A stretch of DNA of 64,000 nucleotides from Eledone cirrhosa. Taxonomy: Eukaryota. A program made the translations under genes and the position numbers. The stretch is taken from assembly GCA_964016885.1 (NCBI GenBank), contig OZ024743.1, forward strand, positions 307,024,001 to 307,088,000, given 5' to 3'. Position 1 is the first letter of the stretch, and the number at the start of each line of letters is the position of its first letter. Below the pieces are notes generated by a model, which saw only the letters and a list, made by a program, of their open reading frames with translations, ran no database searches and was not told the origin of the DNA. Shown one piece after another: positions 1 to 13,449 of the stretch.

Positions 1-280
1 ACAACAACAACAACAGAAGTAACAGCCACAACAACAACAACAACAGAAGTAACAGCCACAACAACAACAACATAAGTAACAGACACAACAACAACAACAA
101 CAGAAGTAACAGCCACAACAACAACAACAGAAGTAACAGCCACAACAACAACAACAGAAGTAACAACCACAACAACAACAACAGAAGTAACAGCCACAAC
201 AACAACAACAACAGAAGTAACAGCCACAACAACAACAACAACAGCAACAGAAGTAACAGCCACAACACATCAACAACAAC
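1..280. repeat. (ACA)n-derived minisatellite, 27-30 bp unit ACAACAACAACAACAGAAGTAACAGCC
   Basis: Direct tandem repetition; runs off the window edge. Confidence 0.9.
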
Positions 281-329
281 GAAGAAAATTTCAACTGGCG
301 ACACGAAATTAACATCATCTGCAGCACCC

Positions 330-1750
330 CCATCACCACCACAACCTCCACCACCACCCCTACCACCACAACTACCACTACAGCCATCACCTCCACCACC
401 ACAACTACCATTATAACAACAGCCACCACCACCTTTACCACCACAACTACCACTACAGCCATCACCTCCACCACCACAACTACCACTATAACAACCACCA
501 CCATTACCACCACAACCTCCACCACCACAACTACCATTATTACCACCACCACCACCCCTACCACCACAACTACCACTACAGCCATCACCTCCACCACCAC
601 AACTACCACTATAACAACCACCACCATTACCACCACAACCTCCACCACCATAACTACCATTATTACAACCACCACCACCACCCCTACCACCACAACTACC
701 ACTACAGCCATCACCTCCACCACCACAACTACCACTATAACAACCACCACCATTACCACCACAACCTCCACCACCACAACTACCATTATTACCACCACCA
801 CCACCCCTACCACCACAACTACCACTACAGCCATCACCTCCACCACCACAACTACCACTATAACAACCACCACCATTACCACCACAACCTCCACCACCAT
901 AACTACCATTATTACAACCACCACCACCACCCCTACCACCACAACTACCACTACAGCCATCACCTCCACCACCACAACTACCACTATAACAACCACCACC
1001 ATTACCACCACAACCTCCACCACCACAACTACCATTATTACCACCACCACCACCCCTACCACCACAACTACCACTACAGCCATCACCTCCACCACCACAA
1101 CTACCACTATAACAACCACCACCATTACCACCACAACCTCCACCACCATAACTACCATTATTACAACCACCACCACCACCCCTACCACCACAACTACCAC
1201 TACAGCCATCACCTCCACCACCACACTACCACTACAGCCATCACCTCCACCACCACAACTACCACTATAACAACCACCACCATTACCACCACAACTTCCA
1301 CCACAACACTACCACTACAGCCATCACCTCCACCACCACAACTACCACTATAACAACCACCACCATTACCACCACAACCTCCACCACCACAACTACCATT
1401 ATTACAACCACCACCACCACCCCTACCACCACAACTACCACTACAGCCATCACCTCCACCACCACAACTACCACTATAACAGCCACCACCATTACCACCA
1501 CAACCTCCACCACCACAACTACGACTATAACAACCACCACCATTACCACCGCAACCTCCACCACCACACTACCACTACAGCCATCACCTCCACCACCACA
1601 ACTACCACTATAACAACCCCCCACCCCACCCCCACCCCCACAACTACCACTACAGCCATCACCTCCACCACCACAACTACCACTATAACAACCCCCCACC
1701 CACCACCCCCACCCCCAGAACTACCACTACAACAACAACAACCACCACCA
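330..1750. repeat. (ACC)n-derived complex minisatellite with ~123/126-bp subunits (249-bp higher-order period)
   Basis: AACTACCACTATAACAACCACCACCATTACC recurs at 601, 850 and 1099 (249-bp spacing). Confidence 0.85.
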
Positions 1751-1769
1751 TAACAGTTAGTTCACCATA

Positions 1770-1811
1770 CCGAGAACAAATTGTTTCACCTTATTCGGAT
1801 CATCAGCTCGG
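1770..1811 (-). ncRNA. Minimal type I hammerhead ribozyme motif (Penelope pLTR-like)
   Basis: Minus strand reads CCGAG-CTGATGA-TCC GAATAA GGT-GAAAC AATTT GTT-CTCGG; stem I CCGAG/CTCGG. Confidence 0.7.
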
Positions 1812-2058
1812 ACCGAGCTTAAAAACGACTTAGAAAAAATTTAAATCAAAATCAAAAATTTAATCCCAAAGCGAGGAAATTGGAAAGTTCCTTAAACCCT
1901 GCAGAAGGGACTTTTAAGTCCTGAAATATTGGACAGAAAAAAGAATAACAACAACAAAAAACAAAACAAAGATTACCAGGTAACTTACTTTTCGTTACCC
2001 CATCTTACAGTTCATGCTGAATTGTTTAGCCTTCTCTTTCAACGTTATATATTATACA

Positions 2059-2151
<93 letters not shown>

Positions 2152-2152
2152 T

Positions 2153-2505
2153 ATACGATATTAAACAAATGGAAACTATATTTATAAAACCATATTTATG
2201 TCATTATACATATTTCAGGGATACCATATTAAAAATATGGCATGCCTTCGTCAGATAAAATACAATATATAAACAGTTTTATAAATAATTTTGACGTACC
2301 ATAAATATAAGCGACCATTAAGATAGGAAGCTGGCTTTAATATGGTATCCCTGAAATATGTATAATGAAATAAATATGGTTTTATAAATATAGTTTCCAT
2401 TTGTTTAATATCGTATATCTACTCCAAAAACTTGTCGAGTGCTTTATATCGGTTATAAAATATTTACTTGTTGTAACCCATCAATTTTAAATAAAACTTT
2501 TGCAT
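2153..2505. mobile_element. Fold-back Penelope pLTR fragment in (TA)n with hammerhead motif at 2201-2260 (-)
   Basis: 2153-2233 is the inverted copy of ~2337-2417. Minus strand reads TTTTAT-CTGACGA-AGGCATGCCATA..TATGGTATCCCT-GAAATATGTATA-ATGA. Same family as 33200-33400. Confidence 0.75.
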
Positions 2506-2517
2506 ATATATATATAC

Positions 2518-2518
<1 letters not shown>

Positions 2519-2571
<53 letters not shown>

Positions 2572-3390
2572 TTGAATTCTCCCGCTGTATATAACGTATG
2601 AGGGTTCAACAGTCTTCTCCTTTTATTTTTATGGTTATGCCATAAATGTCACTTCAGTCAGGCTGCTGATTTACGCATCATGCCGTATTCAGTGCAGATA
2701 ACAGGATTTTGAGCGGAGCAGGATGGAAGATTTGATCGAATTTTGGTGTTGGATGTTAGTTCCCGAAGATGGACCAGACTAGATTTTACAAAGTTCTTTC
2801 TACCTTCATGGAAGACAGTTCTCCATTTTCCACGGTCAGCAGCTAGGGCTTCAAAAGAAGTAAAAGGTATGTTCACAGATTTAAGATTGTATTTCGGTTT
2901 GTCTTTAAATCTGAGTAATGGTTTGCCTACATTACGTGTACCCTTATGAAGTTGACTGTATAATAATACCTTAAGTGTGCGGTCCTCAGTCATACGTAAG
3001 ACATGACGACCCCATCTATGTTGGGATTACATAAAAAAATGACTCAATTCCACCAATGCTGCACCTCGTGAATAGATCGGAATTGGAGTCTGTCAGAAAG
3101 TACATAACCACAGATAGAGTGAAGACAATGTTTGTGGAAGACATCAAATTTATGAATGTGGGTGCGATAAATTGTCCATGATCCCGAGCCGTATAAGCGT
3201 ATTGTCAGTACCACTGCACGATAAACAACTTTCGTTTTCAAGTACATAAGTCTGACACTCCATAGAAGATGATATAGTTGCTTTGTAGACGCAATTTACG
3301 ATCTCATCATTCAGAGATGCAGAGCGGTTCACCTTGCTACAAAGCTAAGTAAAGGAGTCCACGTACTTCAGATCCTTGCCATCAACAAAA
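2519..3390 (-). mobile_element. Degenerate RTE (BovB-like) LINE 3' fragment with (CAT)n tail
   Basis: Broken frames TKVVYRAVVLT..LYGSGSW..FHKHCLHSICG and LLYSQLHKGTRNVGKPLLRFKD..LAADRGKWR are typical of the RTE ORF C-terminus; (GAT)n at 2519-2570. Confidence 0.75.
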
Positions 3391-3600
3391 CATGGGGATG
3401 CCCGTGACCCGGCTATCTTATAATTTTATAACACCCTCTCTCCCTCCTCACACAGCCATTTACAAATACCTATGCACTCATCATCCCACCCCCACCTTTG
3501 AGTTTTCCTTATTTATACTTTCTCTGTTAAAACATTTAGTCTTGTCTGATGAACCAGAGTATCAAGATTCACTACTTAGCCATAATTAAGCGTGTGTATA

Positions 3601-3644
<44 letters not shown>

Positions 3645-3696
3645 GGGGGGGGGTGAAACAGTTCTAGTCCTGTAGAAGCCATTTCTATATTATATA

Positions 3697-3778
<82 letters not shown>

Positions 3779-3846
3779 CCTCCTTCCTATCTATATAGAT
3801 AGATAAATAGGTAGATATAGATACATAGATAGATAAATAGATAGAT

Positions 3847-6800
3847 ATGTTTCTTTTATTTGCCACCAGGGCATCAAAAGTGGGACAAGTACAATGGGGG
3901 GAGTTTACAAAACAAGGCGTCCTCAATAAGGAGGAGGCAATAACAATATATAAAAATAAAATAAAATATAACAAAAAATAAAATTTATAACAAAGTCCTC
4001 AATAGAGAGGAGGCACCTTGGGGGATCGCACACACCCCCGAAAAAAGTGTACAACCCTTCTCCTCAGGAGCACAGAGAAGGGGTGCTCCCTTGGTCTTTC
4101 ATCTTCCTCACCTATAGTCTGATGTAGAATGAAGGCCCATTCACACGGGCCATTCTCGCCACTTTCACCCATCTTTCATAGAAACGGCTGGGGTGCAGCA
4201 CCTCTCTCTCCATCCTGATCCTTCTTCCGAAATGATATCGGAAGAAACGGACCAGTTGTTGGCCATAGAGAAAAGTGTCTGACCTCAGTCCTTTCAGACG
4301 CGTCCACCATACAAACTCTTTCGCCATGGCTATTACGCGCAGAAACACCGCCTCTCCTTCGTTTTTGAAGAGGGGAGGCGGCTTGATCGTTACAATAGAC
4401 TCGGTGGTCAACCGGATCGGTCCCACCCTTGACAGCAGTTGTTCGACATAGCCCTACAGATCGGCAATGCCCGAGCAGTGTACCAATGCGTGTGCAACGG
4501 TTTCCTCGTCGCACACACATCTGGGACAGATCTTTTTCGATGGGTCCTTACCCGGGCGCCCGTGTCTGTAGAGCCTTTCTCGAACGGGCAGAGCCCTTCT
4601 GTAGCATTGCCAGGCCAGGGACCTCTGGAAGTTATCCATGGGTCCCGGGCTGAATGTCCTACCGAACAGGTTGGCCAGTTCGTCTTCCTCCATGCCTAGG
4701 GCTTCTCCGAGGGCGTCGTCGCACCTGCTAACCACCAGCCCTCTATAGAATGACGAGGTGGATTCTCCACTGACAGCCGGGTCCGCCTGCCAGAGAGCCG
4801 TGAGCGCCTGGGCACACTCGGTGTGCCAGGCGCCCAGTTTTCTCGGTCTTTGCTTGACCCAGGATTGCAGCTCGGTGTGTGAGACGAGTCTGGGAAAGGC
4901 TCGCCTCACAAACGGGGCCCACACCGGTTGACCGGAGAGGAATACCTGAAGGTGCCGTAGCCTTAATGCGTGTTTACGTATCATTAGCCACGGCATCCCC
5001 AGCCCTCCTTTCGAAGGGTGTTGACAGCAGATGGATCTCCTCATCATAGGAGCCCGCTTCTTCCAAAGGAATTGGAAGAGTGCGCGCTCCATTTTGGCGA
5101 GCGTTTCCCTTGGGCAAGGCACAACGGTCAGGCGGTAGTAGATGACGGACGCTATATAAGTGTTCGCCACCTCCGCCCGACCTTTCAGGGACAGTTTGCA
5201 CTCGGCCCACTTCTGGGTCAGTGCAAACACCCTGTTCATCACCTCACCCCAGCTCTTCTCCACCTAGAGGTCTGGTCCGAACCAGACCCCGAGCAACTTC
5301 ACCGGGCCCTCCGTCCAGCGCCCGACGACGCCATCGGAGGGCATCGATCTGCCCCTCCACGTGCCGAGTTGCAGACCGATTGACTTGTCCCGGTTCAGCT
5401 TAGCCCCTGTAAACCTTTCGTACTCCTCCAGTAAGGTGCCGATCGCCCCGATTTCCGAGGCCGTCGACACCATTACTGTTACGTCATCGGCGTAGGCTGA
5501 CACCGCTTTCCGCAATCCCGGTTCCAACGGGATGCCCTGCAATAACTCCAACTTCCGCAGCAGTGGCTCTAGAGTCACTACATACAGAAGGGAGGAGAGA
5601 GGGCACCCCTGTCGGATGGACCGCGCGATTTCGAACGGCTCCGAGAGGTAGCCGTTCACCTTGACCCTAGAGCAGATGCGGCTGCTGTGCATGGCATTGA
5701 TCTAGCCCCTGAAAACGGGTCCGAAGCCTGCCGCCGCTAGCACCGCATCCAGGTAACCATGATCGACCCTATCGAATGCCTTAGATTGATCCAAGTTGAT
5801 CAGGGCCCCACCAAAGCCGGGTTCGTTCCCAACCCTCTCTATGATGTATCGCATGAGGTGCAGGTTATCGTGGATGGACCTGGACGGGATAGCACATGTC
5901 TGCGCATCTCCCACCAGGTTGCCCACGACAAGCGCCAACCTCTTTGCTAGCACCTTGGCCAAAATCTGTAACTCTGTATTTAGCAGAGTTATGGGCCTGA
6001 AATTATTTATATCGTCCCCCTTGTTCTCGTCCTTCCTCACTAGCGTGACTACGCCCTTGGTCACAGCACAGGGAATTCTCCCGTTCTGTTGCCAGTTGCA
6101 GTAGACCGCCTCGAGGAGATCGGGGAACAAGTCCGGCATAGCTAGATATAGTTCGTATGGAAGACCATCGAGACCCGGCGATTTGCGTTTGCCGCATTGG
6201 CTCAGCACGTCCTCTATCTCAGCGGCTGAAATCGGCTCCTCGCAGGGTCGCCTCCCTGTCCAAGAGACGCGGCAGGCCGTCGAGGTATGGACCGAAGTCC
6301 ACGTCCCCAACCGGCCCCCCGCCCCTTCCGAACAATCCGGCAAAGTGCTTTTGAAAAGCCTCGCACATCTGCTTAGGTTCAAGGATCACCCGTCCATCCT
6401 GGTCTCGCAAAGACCGGATAGTGGATCTGCTCCCTCTTTTGGCTTCTGTCACGCGGGCCCAGCTAACAGCTTTGGTCCCCTCGTTTCCCAGAGCACGTAT
6501 TTTGCTTCGGACGATGCAGCCTTCGTGTTTCGCGTCGAAGAACTGGCCCAGGGCCGTTCTCGACGCTAGCACTCTGGCCACGTCGCCGCTTCTAATTGCC
6601 TCTTCTACACTATCTACCAACTCCCTTTCCTTCATATTTCTATTAGAGGCTAACTCCTTACTAAATTCTATAGAGACTACTCTAATCTCTCTTTTGAGAG
6701 ATCCCCACCACCTGCTGTTGACGATGGCGCCCGTCAACCGCTCCTTAACTAAAGTGCTAATCCGGTCCCTGTAAGCCTTACTTGCCGGTAAGGACAAGTT

Positions 6801-7433
6801 GAGTTTCCAGTAACCGTGTCCCTGTCTATGAGTTCTGTCAAGGTTGATCATGCAGGTCACTAACTTGTGGTCTGAATAGCCAACCATGCGCATTTTGGAC
6901 AACTTAAAAAGTCCTTATCCTTAATTCTAACTAAGAACCTATCTAGGTACGACCTAGATGATCCGCTACGATTTGCCCAAGTCCAGGTTGGCGCAGTCGG
7001 AAAATCTAGTCGATATCTATCGGCCAGGTCAAATCGACCGATTAACACTTTGAGGATATTACACCCCTCTCTATCGGGACAGGCCCCTACGTAGTCCCAG
7101 CGTGCATCTAGGATACCATTCCAGTCCCCCACTAATAGCAAGGAGCGGGACGTCCCTAGAAAAGTCTCCAGACAATGGAAGAAGTCCGGCCGCATTGACC
7201 CGAAAGGGCCGTAGGCGGCTACCAACCTAAACGCTCCGCCTTTACCACTGCCAAGGTCCAGAACCACTAGTCGACCCTCCGGGTCCAAATGTACCATCTG
7301 TGTTGCGAGACCCAGATGTTTTTGCAGCAGAACGACAACTCCACCCCCACCTCCGGGCTGACAGAGAGATGCGTGTATCTCAAAGTCATCAAAGGTGGGG
7401 GCCAGCTGTCGCACGTTGCTGATCCGGGCCTCG
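3847..7433 (-). mobile_element. Tx1-clade non-LTR retrotransposon copy A, 5'-truncated, inserted in (GATA)n
   Basis: APE-RT-CCHC ORF2 pieces; 3' end ..GTGGCAAATAAAAGAAACATATCTATC; GATA-type repeats at both junctions. Confidence 0.92.
4112..7433 (-). pseudogene. Disrupted ORF2 (APE endonuclease + reverse transcriptase) of copy A
   Basis: Motifs GDWN, YLDRFL, SDH, KSPGLDGLPYE, FRPITLLN, LDQSKAFDRVDH, RQGCPLS, YADD, CPRC..ETVAHALVHC; stops near 4454, 5264 and 5702, frameshifts near 6250 and 6900. Confidence 0.92.
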
Positions 7434-7442
7434 ATAAATAGA

Positions 7443-7721
7443 TATGTTTCTTTTATTTGCCACCAGGGCATCAAAAGTGGGACAAGTACAATGGGGGGAG
7501 TTTACAAAACAAGGCGTCCTCAATAAGGAGGAGGCAATAACAATATATAAAAATAAAATAAAATATAACAAAAAATAAAATTTATAACAAAGTCCTCAAT
7601 AGAGAGGAGGCGCCTTGGGGGGTCGCACACACCCCCGAAAAAAGTATGCAACCCTTCTCCTCAGGAGCACAGAGAAGGGGTGCTCCCTTGGTCTTTCATC
7701 TTCCTCACCTATAGTCTGATG

Positions 7722-7725
<4 letters not shown>
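7443..7725 (-). mobile_element. Tx1 copy B: ~280-bp 3' end only, near-identical to copy A 3' end
   Basis: Matches 3846-4127 almost base for base; followed by (GATA)n at 7724-7775. Confidence 0.9.
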
Positions 7726-7776
<51 letters not shown>

Positions 7777-8007
7777 ATTTCTATTTATTTGCCACGAGGG
7801 CACAAAAGAAGGGGACATTTACACAGTGGGGGAGTTTACATAAATCGAGTAAAGAAAAAAGGAATAACAATAATAATATAACAATAAAAAGTCCTCAAAA
7901 GGGAGGGGGCGTGTTGGGGATTGCACATACCCCCGAAAAGTGTGCAACTCTTTTCGCGGGGGAAGCCCAGAGAGGAGGCGCTCCCCCTTTCCTCTTCACT
8001 TCTTCAC

Positions 8008-11000
8008 CTACAGAACAATGTAGAGAGAAGGCCCATTTACACGGGCCATTCTCGCTTCTTTCACCCACCTTTCATAAAACTGTCTGGGACCAAGCACTTC
8101 TCTCTCCATCCTGATTCTTCTTCCGAAGTGGTATCGGAAGAAGTAAACCAGGTGATGGCCGGAGAGAAAGTCACCCGACCTCAGACCTTTCAGGCGCGTC
8201 CACCACACAACCTCTTTCATCATGGCTATTACGCACAGAAAGACCGCCTCTGCTTCATTTCTGAAGGGAGGAGGTGGCTTGATGTTCACCACAGACTCGG
8301 CGGTTAATCGAATCGGCGCCACACGCGACAGCAGTCGTTCGACGTAGCCCCACAGATCGGCAACGCCCGGGCAGTGTACCAGTGCATGCGCAACGGTTTC
8401 CTCGTCGCGCACGCATCTGGGACAGATCTTTTTCGCGGGATCCCTGCCCGGGCGCCCGTGTCTGTAGAGCTTTTCTCGAACGGGCAGAGCCCCCCGGTAA
8501 CACTGCCAGGCTAGGGACCTCTGGAAGTTGTCCATGGGTCCCGGGTCGAAAGTTCTACCGAACAGGCTGGCCAGTTCGTCCTCCTCCATGCCTAGCGACT
8601 CTCCAAGGATGTCGTCGCCCCTGCTAGCCACCAACCCTCTATAGAATGTCGAGGTGGATTCTCCACTGACAGTCGGGTCCGCTTGCCAGATAGCCGTGAG
8701 CGCCTGGGCACACTCGGTGTGCCAGTTGCCCAGTTTTCTCGGTCTTTGCTTCACCCAGGATTGCAGTTCGGTGAGCGAGACGAGCTGTGGGAAGGCTCGC
8801 CTCACAAACGGGGCCCACACCGGCTGACCGTTGAGGAATACCTGTAGATGCCGTAGCCTCAATGCGTGCCTACGCATCAACAGCCACGGCATACCCAGCC
8901 CTCCTTTCGAAGGGTGCTGGCAGCAGATGGATCTCCTCACCATGGGAGGCCGCTTCTTCCAGAGTAACTGGAAGAGCATGCGTTCCATGATGGTGAGCTT
9001 TTCCTTGGGGCAAGGCACGACGGTCAGGCGGTAGTAGATGACGGACGCTATGTAAGCGTTCGTCACCTCCGCCCGACCTTTCAGTGATAGTTTGCACTTG
9101 GCCCACTTCTGGGTCAGCGCAAACACCCTGCTCGTCACCTCGCCCCAATTCTTCTCCACCTGGAGGTCCGGTCCGAACCAGACCCCGAGCAGCTTCACCG
9201 GGCCCTCCGTCCACCGCCCGACGACACCGTCTAACGGCATCGGTTTGCCCCTCCACGTTCCGAGTTGCAAACCGACTGACTTGTCCTGGTTCAGCTTAGC
9301 CTTTCGTATTCCTCCAGTAGGGTGGCGATCGCCCCGATTTCCGAGGCGTCCGCCACCATTACTGTTACGTCGTCGGCATAGGCCGAGACCGCTTTGTGCA
9401 ATCCCGGTTCCAGGGGTATGCCCCGCAGCAACTCCAACTTCCGCAGCAGTGGCTCGAGAGTCAATACGTACAGAAGGGAGGAGAGGGGGCACCCCTGTCT
9501 GATGGATCGGGTGATTTGAAACGGCTCCGAGAGGTAGCCGTTTACTTTAATCCTAGAGTAGATGTTGCCACTGTGCATGGCAGAAATCCAGCCCCTGAAA
9601 ACGGGTCCGAAGCCCGCCGCCGCTAGCACCGCATCCAGGTAACCATGGTCGACCCTATCGAACGCCTTAGATTGATCCAAGTTGATCAGGGCCCCACCAA
9701 AGCCGGATTCGTAGCCAACCCTCTCTATGATGTATCGCATGAGGTGGAGGTTGTCGTGAATGGACCTGGACGGGATAGCGCATGTCTGCGCGTCTCCCAC
9801 CAAACCACCCACCACAAGCGCCAACCTCTTCGCCAACACCTTGGCCAAAATCTGTAACTCTGCATTCAGCAGAGTTATGGGCCTAAAGTTACTTAAGTCG
9901 TCCCCCTTGCGCTCGTGCTTCCTCACTAGCGTGACCACGCCCTTGGTCACAGAACAGGGAATTCTCCCGTTCTGTTGCCAGTTGCAATAGACAGCCTCGA
10001 GGAGTTCGGAGAACAAGACCGGCATAGCTAAATAAAGTTCGTATGGTAGACCATCGAGACCCGGGGATTTGCGTCTGCTGCATTGGCTGAGCGCTTCCCC
10101 GATTTCAGTGGCTGTGATTGGCCTTTCGCAGCACTCCGCTTCGCCGCTCGAAAGACGCGGTAGACCGTCGAGGTATGGACCGAAGTCCACATCCCCGTCC
10201 GGCCCCCCGCCACCTCCGAACAGTCGAGCAAAGTGCCTTTGAAAGGTCTCGCACATTCGCTCAGGTTCAAGGATCACCCGTCCATCCTGGTCTCGCAAAG
10301 ACCGAATGGTGGATTTAATCCCACTCTTGGCTTCTGTCACGCGGGCCCAGCTAACAGCTTTGGTCCCCTCGTTTCCTAAAGCACGTATTTTACTTCGGAC
10401 AACGCAGCCTTCGTGCTTCGCGTCAAAGAACTGGCTCAATGCCGTTCTCGTCGCTAACACTCTGGCTACGTCTCCGCTCCTAATCGCCTCTTCTAGTTTA
10501 TCTGTTAACTCCCTTTCCCTCCTATTTCTATTCGCCGCTAGTTCCTTACTGTAACCTATCGAACTTACTCTAATCTCTCTCTTTAGAGATATCCACCACC
10601 TACTGTTGACGATCGCTCCCGTCAACCGCATCTTAACTAAGCTACTAATCCGGTTTCTGTAATCTTTCTTTGTCGGTAAGGACAAGTTCATCTTCCAGTA
10701 ACCGGGACCCTGTCTATGCGTTCTATCAAGGTTGACCACGCAGGTCACTAATTTGTCCCTATCCTTACACCTAACCAAAAACCTATCTAGGTACGATCTA
10801 GATTGTCCACTGCGGTTTGCCCAGGTCCAGGTTGGCGCAGTTGGACAATCTAGTCGAAATCTATCGACCAGGTCGAATCGATCGAGTAACCCCTTGAGGC
10901 TGCTACACCCCCCTCTATCGGGACATGCCCCTGCATAGTCCCAACGCGCATCTAGGATTCCATTCCAGTCCCCCACTAAAAGCAGGGAACGCGACGTTCC

Positions 11001-11396
11001 TAGAAAAGTCTCCAGACGCTGGAAGAAGTCGGCTCTTTCCGCCCCGAAGGGAGCATAAAGACCGACCAGTCTGAAAGCCCCGCCTTCACCGCCTCCGACG
11101 TCCAGCACCAGTAATCGACCCCCCGGGTCCGTGTGAACAATCTGTACGTCGAGAGTCAGACGTTTATCCAGCAGTACGGCAACTCCCCCCCCCCCCCCGC
11201 CTCCGGGTTGACAGAGAGATGCGTGCATCTCAAAGTCATCGAAGGCGGGCGCCAGCTGTCTCACGCTGCTGATCCGACTCTCGCAAACAACCATCACATC
11301 TATACTTTGTGACCTGAGGTCACTTAGAAGCTTTGCTTGCTTCCAAGCTGAGCCCAGGCCACGCGCGTTCAAACAGCCAACTCTCAATTGATCTAT
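8008..11396 (-). pseudogene. ORF2 of copy C (APE-RT-CCHC), frameshifted near 9295 and lacking the APE SDH segment
   Basis: ORFs 9291-11387 and 8008-9492 join after EEYER; KDRD-KLVTC lacks the ..YSDH segment present in copies A and E. Confidence 0.9.
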
Positions 11397-13224
11397 TTTG
11401 GTGTTGAAAGTGAAGAAAGAAAAGCACTTACCTCTCCGGGTTGCGTAATTTCCATGGCATCAGGTGTGTTGGGTGGAGGGATGTTTTGTGGTGGTGTGGG
11501 GGTACACGTGTGTGGTGGGGTTGGGGTATTTGGAGTTGTGTCAGGGAGAGGGGCGGTTATGGGGAAATCTTTCAAGAGGACGCGATTCAACGGTTTTAAA
11601 CAGGGGGGGCTCACGTCCCGTCTAAATTGTTCTTTTAAGGAACGATAAAGGTCCAGAGGGACCTTTATCATTTTTAAATGGGTGAAGTTCTCTGTTGAGA
11701 TAAAGTTTGGCCCTTCGGTCTGCACCATAGGGTTATTGTTTATTAATTTAACCAGTTTTTTGTTTTCTTTATTTATATATGTGTATTGCAACGTCTTTTT
11801 TTGTGATGCTGTCAATGTTTCGGAGAGGGGAGGCGCAGATTTATTTTTGTTTGTTGAGGGTGGGGTGTTTTTGATTGGAGTTGGTGTTTGTGTGTGGGTT
11901 ATTTGTGGTGTGCTGGGTGTGTGTTTTCTTTTTTTTCTTTTAACTTGTCTGAAGGCTTCTCCTCCTTCTTCTTCAGAAGTTGGGGGAAACTCTTCAGCGC
12001 TAGGTGGGAGGGACGTGTTGTGTGGTTGTTTTTTTTTGCGGGAGGGGTAGATTTGTTACTGTTTTTTTTATTATTTGTTTGGAATGGGTTTTGTGGTGGT
12101 GGTGGTAATGTTTGTGTCGTGCTTGTGGTTGGTGATGGTGGTGGTGATGTTTGTGTTGTGGTTGGTGGTGGTGATTTTTGTGTTGTGCTTGTGTTTGGTG
12201 CTGGTGGTGGTGATGTTTGTGTTGTGTTTGTGGTTGGTGGTGTCTGTATTTTGTTTGCTGTGTGTGGTATTAGTGTATTTTTGGAGGTGGGTGGTGTTGG
12301 TGTACTGTTTGTGGTGGGTGTGGGCAATAGTCCTTTTGGGGGAATACGTTTCGGGCAGTTAGCCTTAACGTGTCCCCTTTCCATGCATAAATAGCATGCT
12401 GGTCTTCTCCCCTCTACAATTATGTCTATTGGGGTAAGGTCATCTAGCCAGATGCGATCCGGGATTTGTGCTATTCTTTCGGGCCTCATTTGGACTAGTA
12501 TGTCGAGGCCCATTCCCAGGAACGCATCTCCAGTTGCCTTCCCCATTGACAGCATTGTGTCTTCGCCCATATCAATGAAGCCAGCAATAGCCCACCAGAA
12601 GTCCATTGTGGGCAGCATTGTTTTTACTTTTACTCTCTGTGTTCTTCTACCCATGTAGGAGGGATAGAAGCTATATGTTGTCGACGAGAGTGGGCTTAGG
12701 GAAAGCTTCTCCGCCGTTTCTTTGTCTCTTGTTAGGACCGAAATGCTGCCATAGAGTCGGTCCTTTCGTATGAAGAGAATATTCTTCATATAGTCTTTTA
12801 GGACTAACTCTATTTCCATTTGGCTGGGCTGTGCTGGCTTTCTTGTCTGGTTCAGTATAGTTCTGTAGAAAACTGTGTTTTCTGCTCTGGCTTTCTTGAA
12901 TTCTGGGGGGGAGTTAATGGAAAACATTCCGTTCTCCCCCAAAACAATGTGTTTCTTTGCTTCGGCCAGTTTTTCTCTGGCGGCAGTTAGGTCAATTGGT
13001 GTGTATGTAATGGATTGATATGTTTTCTGGGCGAAAGTTGCCCTGTCGTTATTTGTATTATTTTCTGTTTGTTTGTTTTCTGTTTGCTCATTTTCCTTAA
13101 CATTTGTTTTTTCATTTTGTTTGTTTGTTTCAATGTCTAATTTTGTTGTAATTATTTTTTGTTCTTCAGACTTGGGGGGCGTGGCAGAGCTAATGGCAGA
13201 CATGTCTGCCATCTTTTCCGCCAT
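11393..13224 (-). pseudogene. ORF1 of copy C (gag-like, CCHC zinc knuckle, Pro/Thr-rich tail), frameshifted near 11.9 kb
   Basis: CYLCMERGHVKANC = CX2CX4HX4C; collinear with copy E ORF1 (FSINSP, YMG[RK]RTQ, VEGRRP, KPLNRVLLK). Confidence 0.85.
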
Positions 13225-13449
13225 GCTGCCAAGAAAGAAATTTTTCGGCAAAAATAGATATTTATTTTACCCCCTAAAAAGGGGGTAAATGCAAAAATGT
13301 TTCCCTAAATAACAGGGGTTAGTGTTCCAAATGTGTTGCACTAAAAAATTTATCCGGTACTTACAATAGTAAGGGTAAATCCCGATAGAATAGCGGAGCC
13401 GATGCGAAGCGTGTCTTACTCTATCAAGATAGATAGATAGATAGATAGA

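Larger units (their letters stand above)
7776..13427 (-). mobile_element. Tx1 copy C, full length (~5.65 kb), second subfamily
   Basis: 5'UTR + ORF1 + ORF2 + 3'UTR, flanked by (GATA)n at 7724-7775 and 13428-13450. Confidence 0.92.

Noticed and set aside
1-1750. Thr-rich or Gly/Cys-rich structural protein exon
   Set aside because: In-frame TAA at 73, a frame slip near 268 and recurrent stops; explained as a minisatellite.
3540-3600. CTGATGA as a hammerhead
   Set aside because: No downstream GAAA or stem III; at most a remnant.
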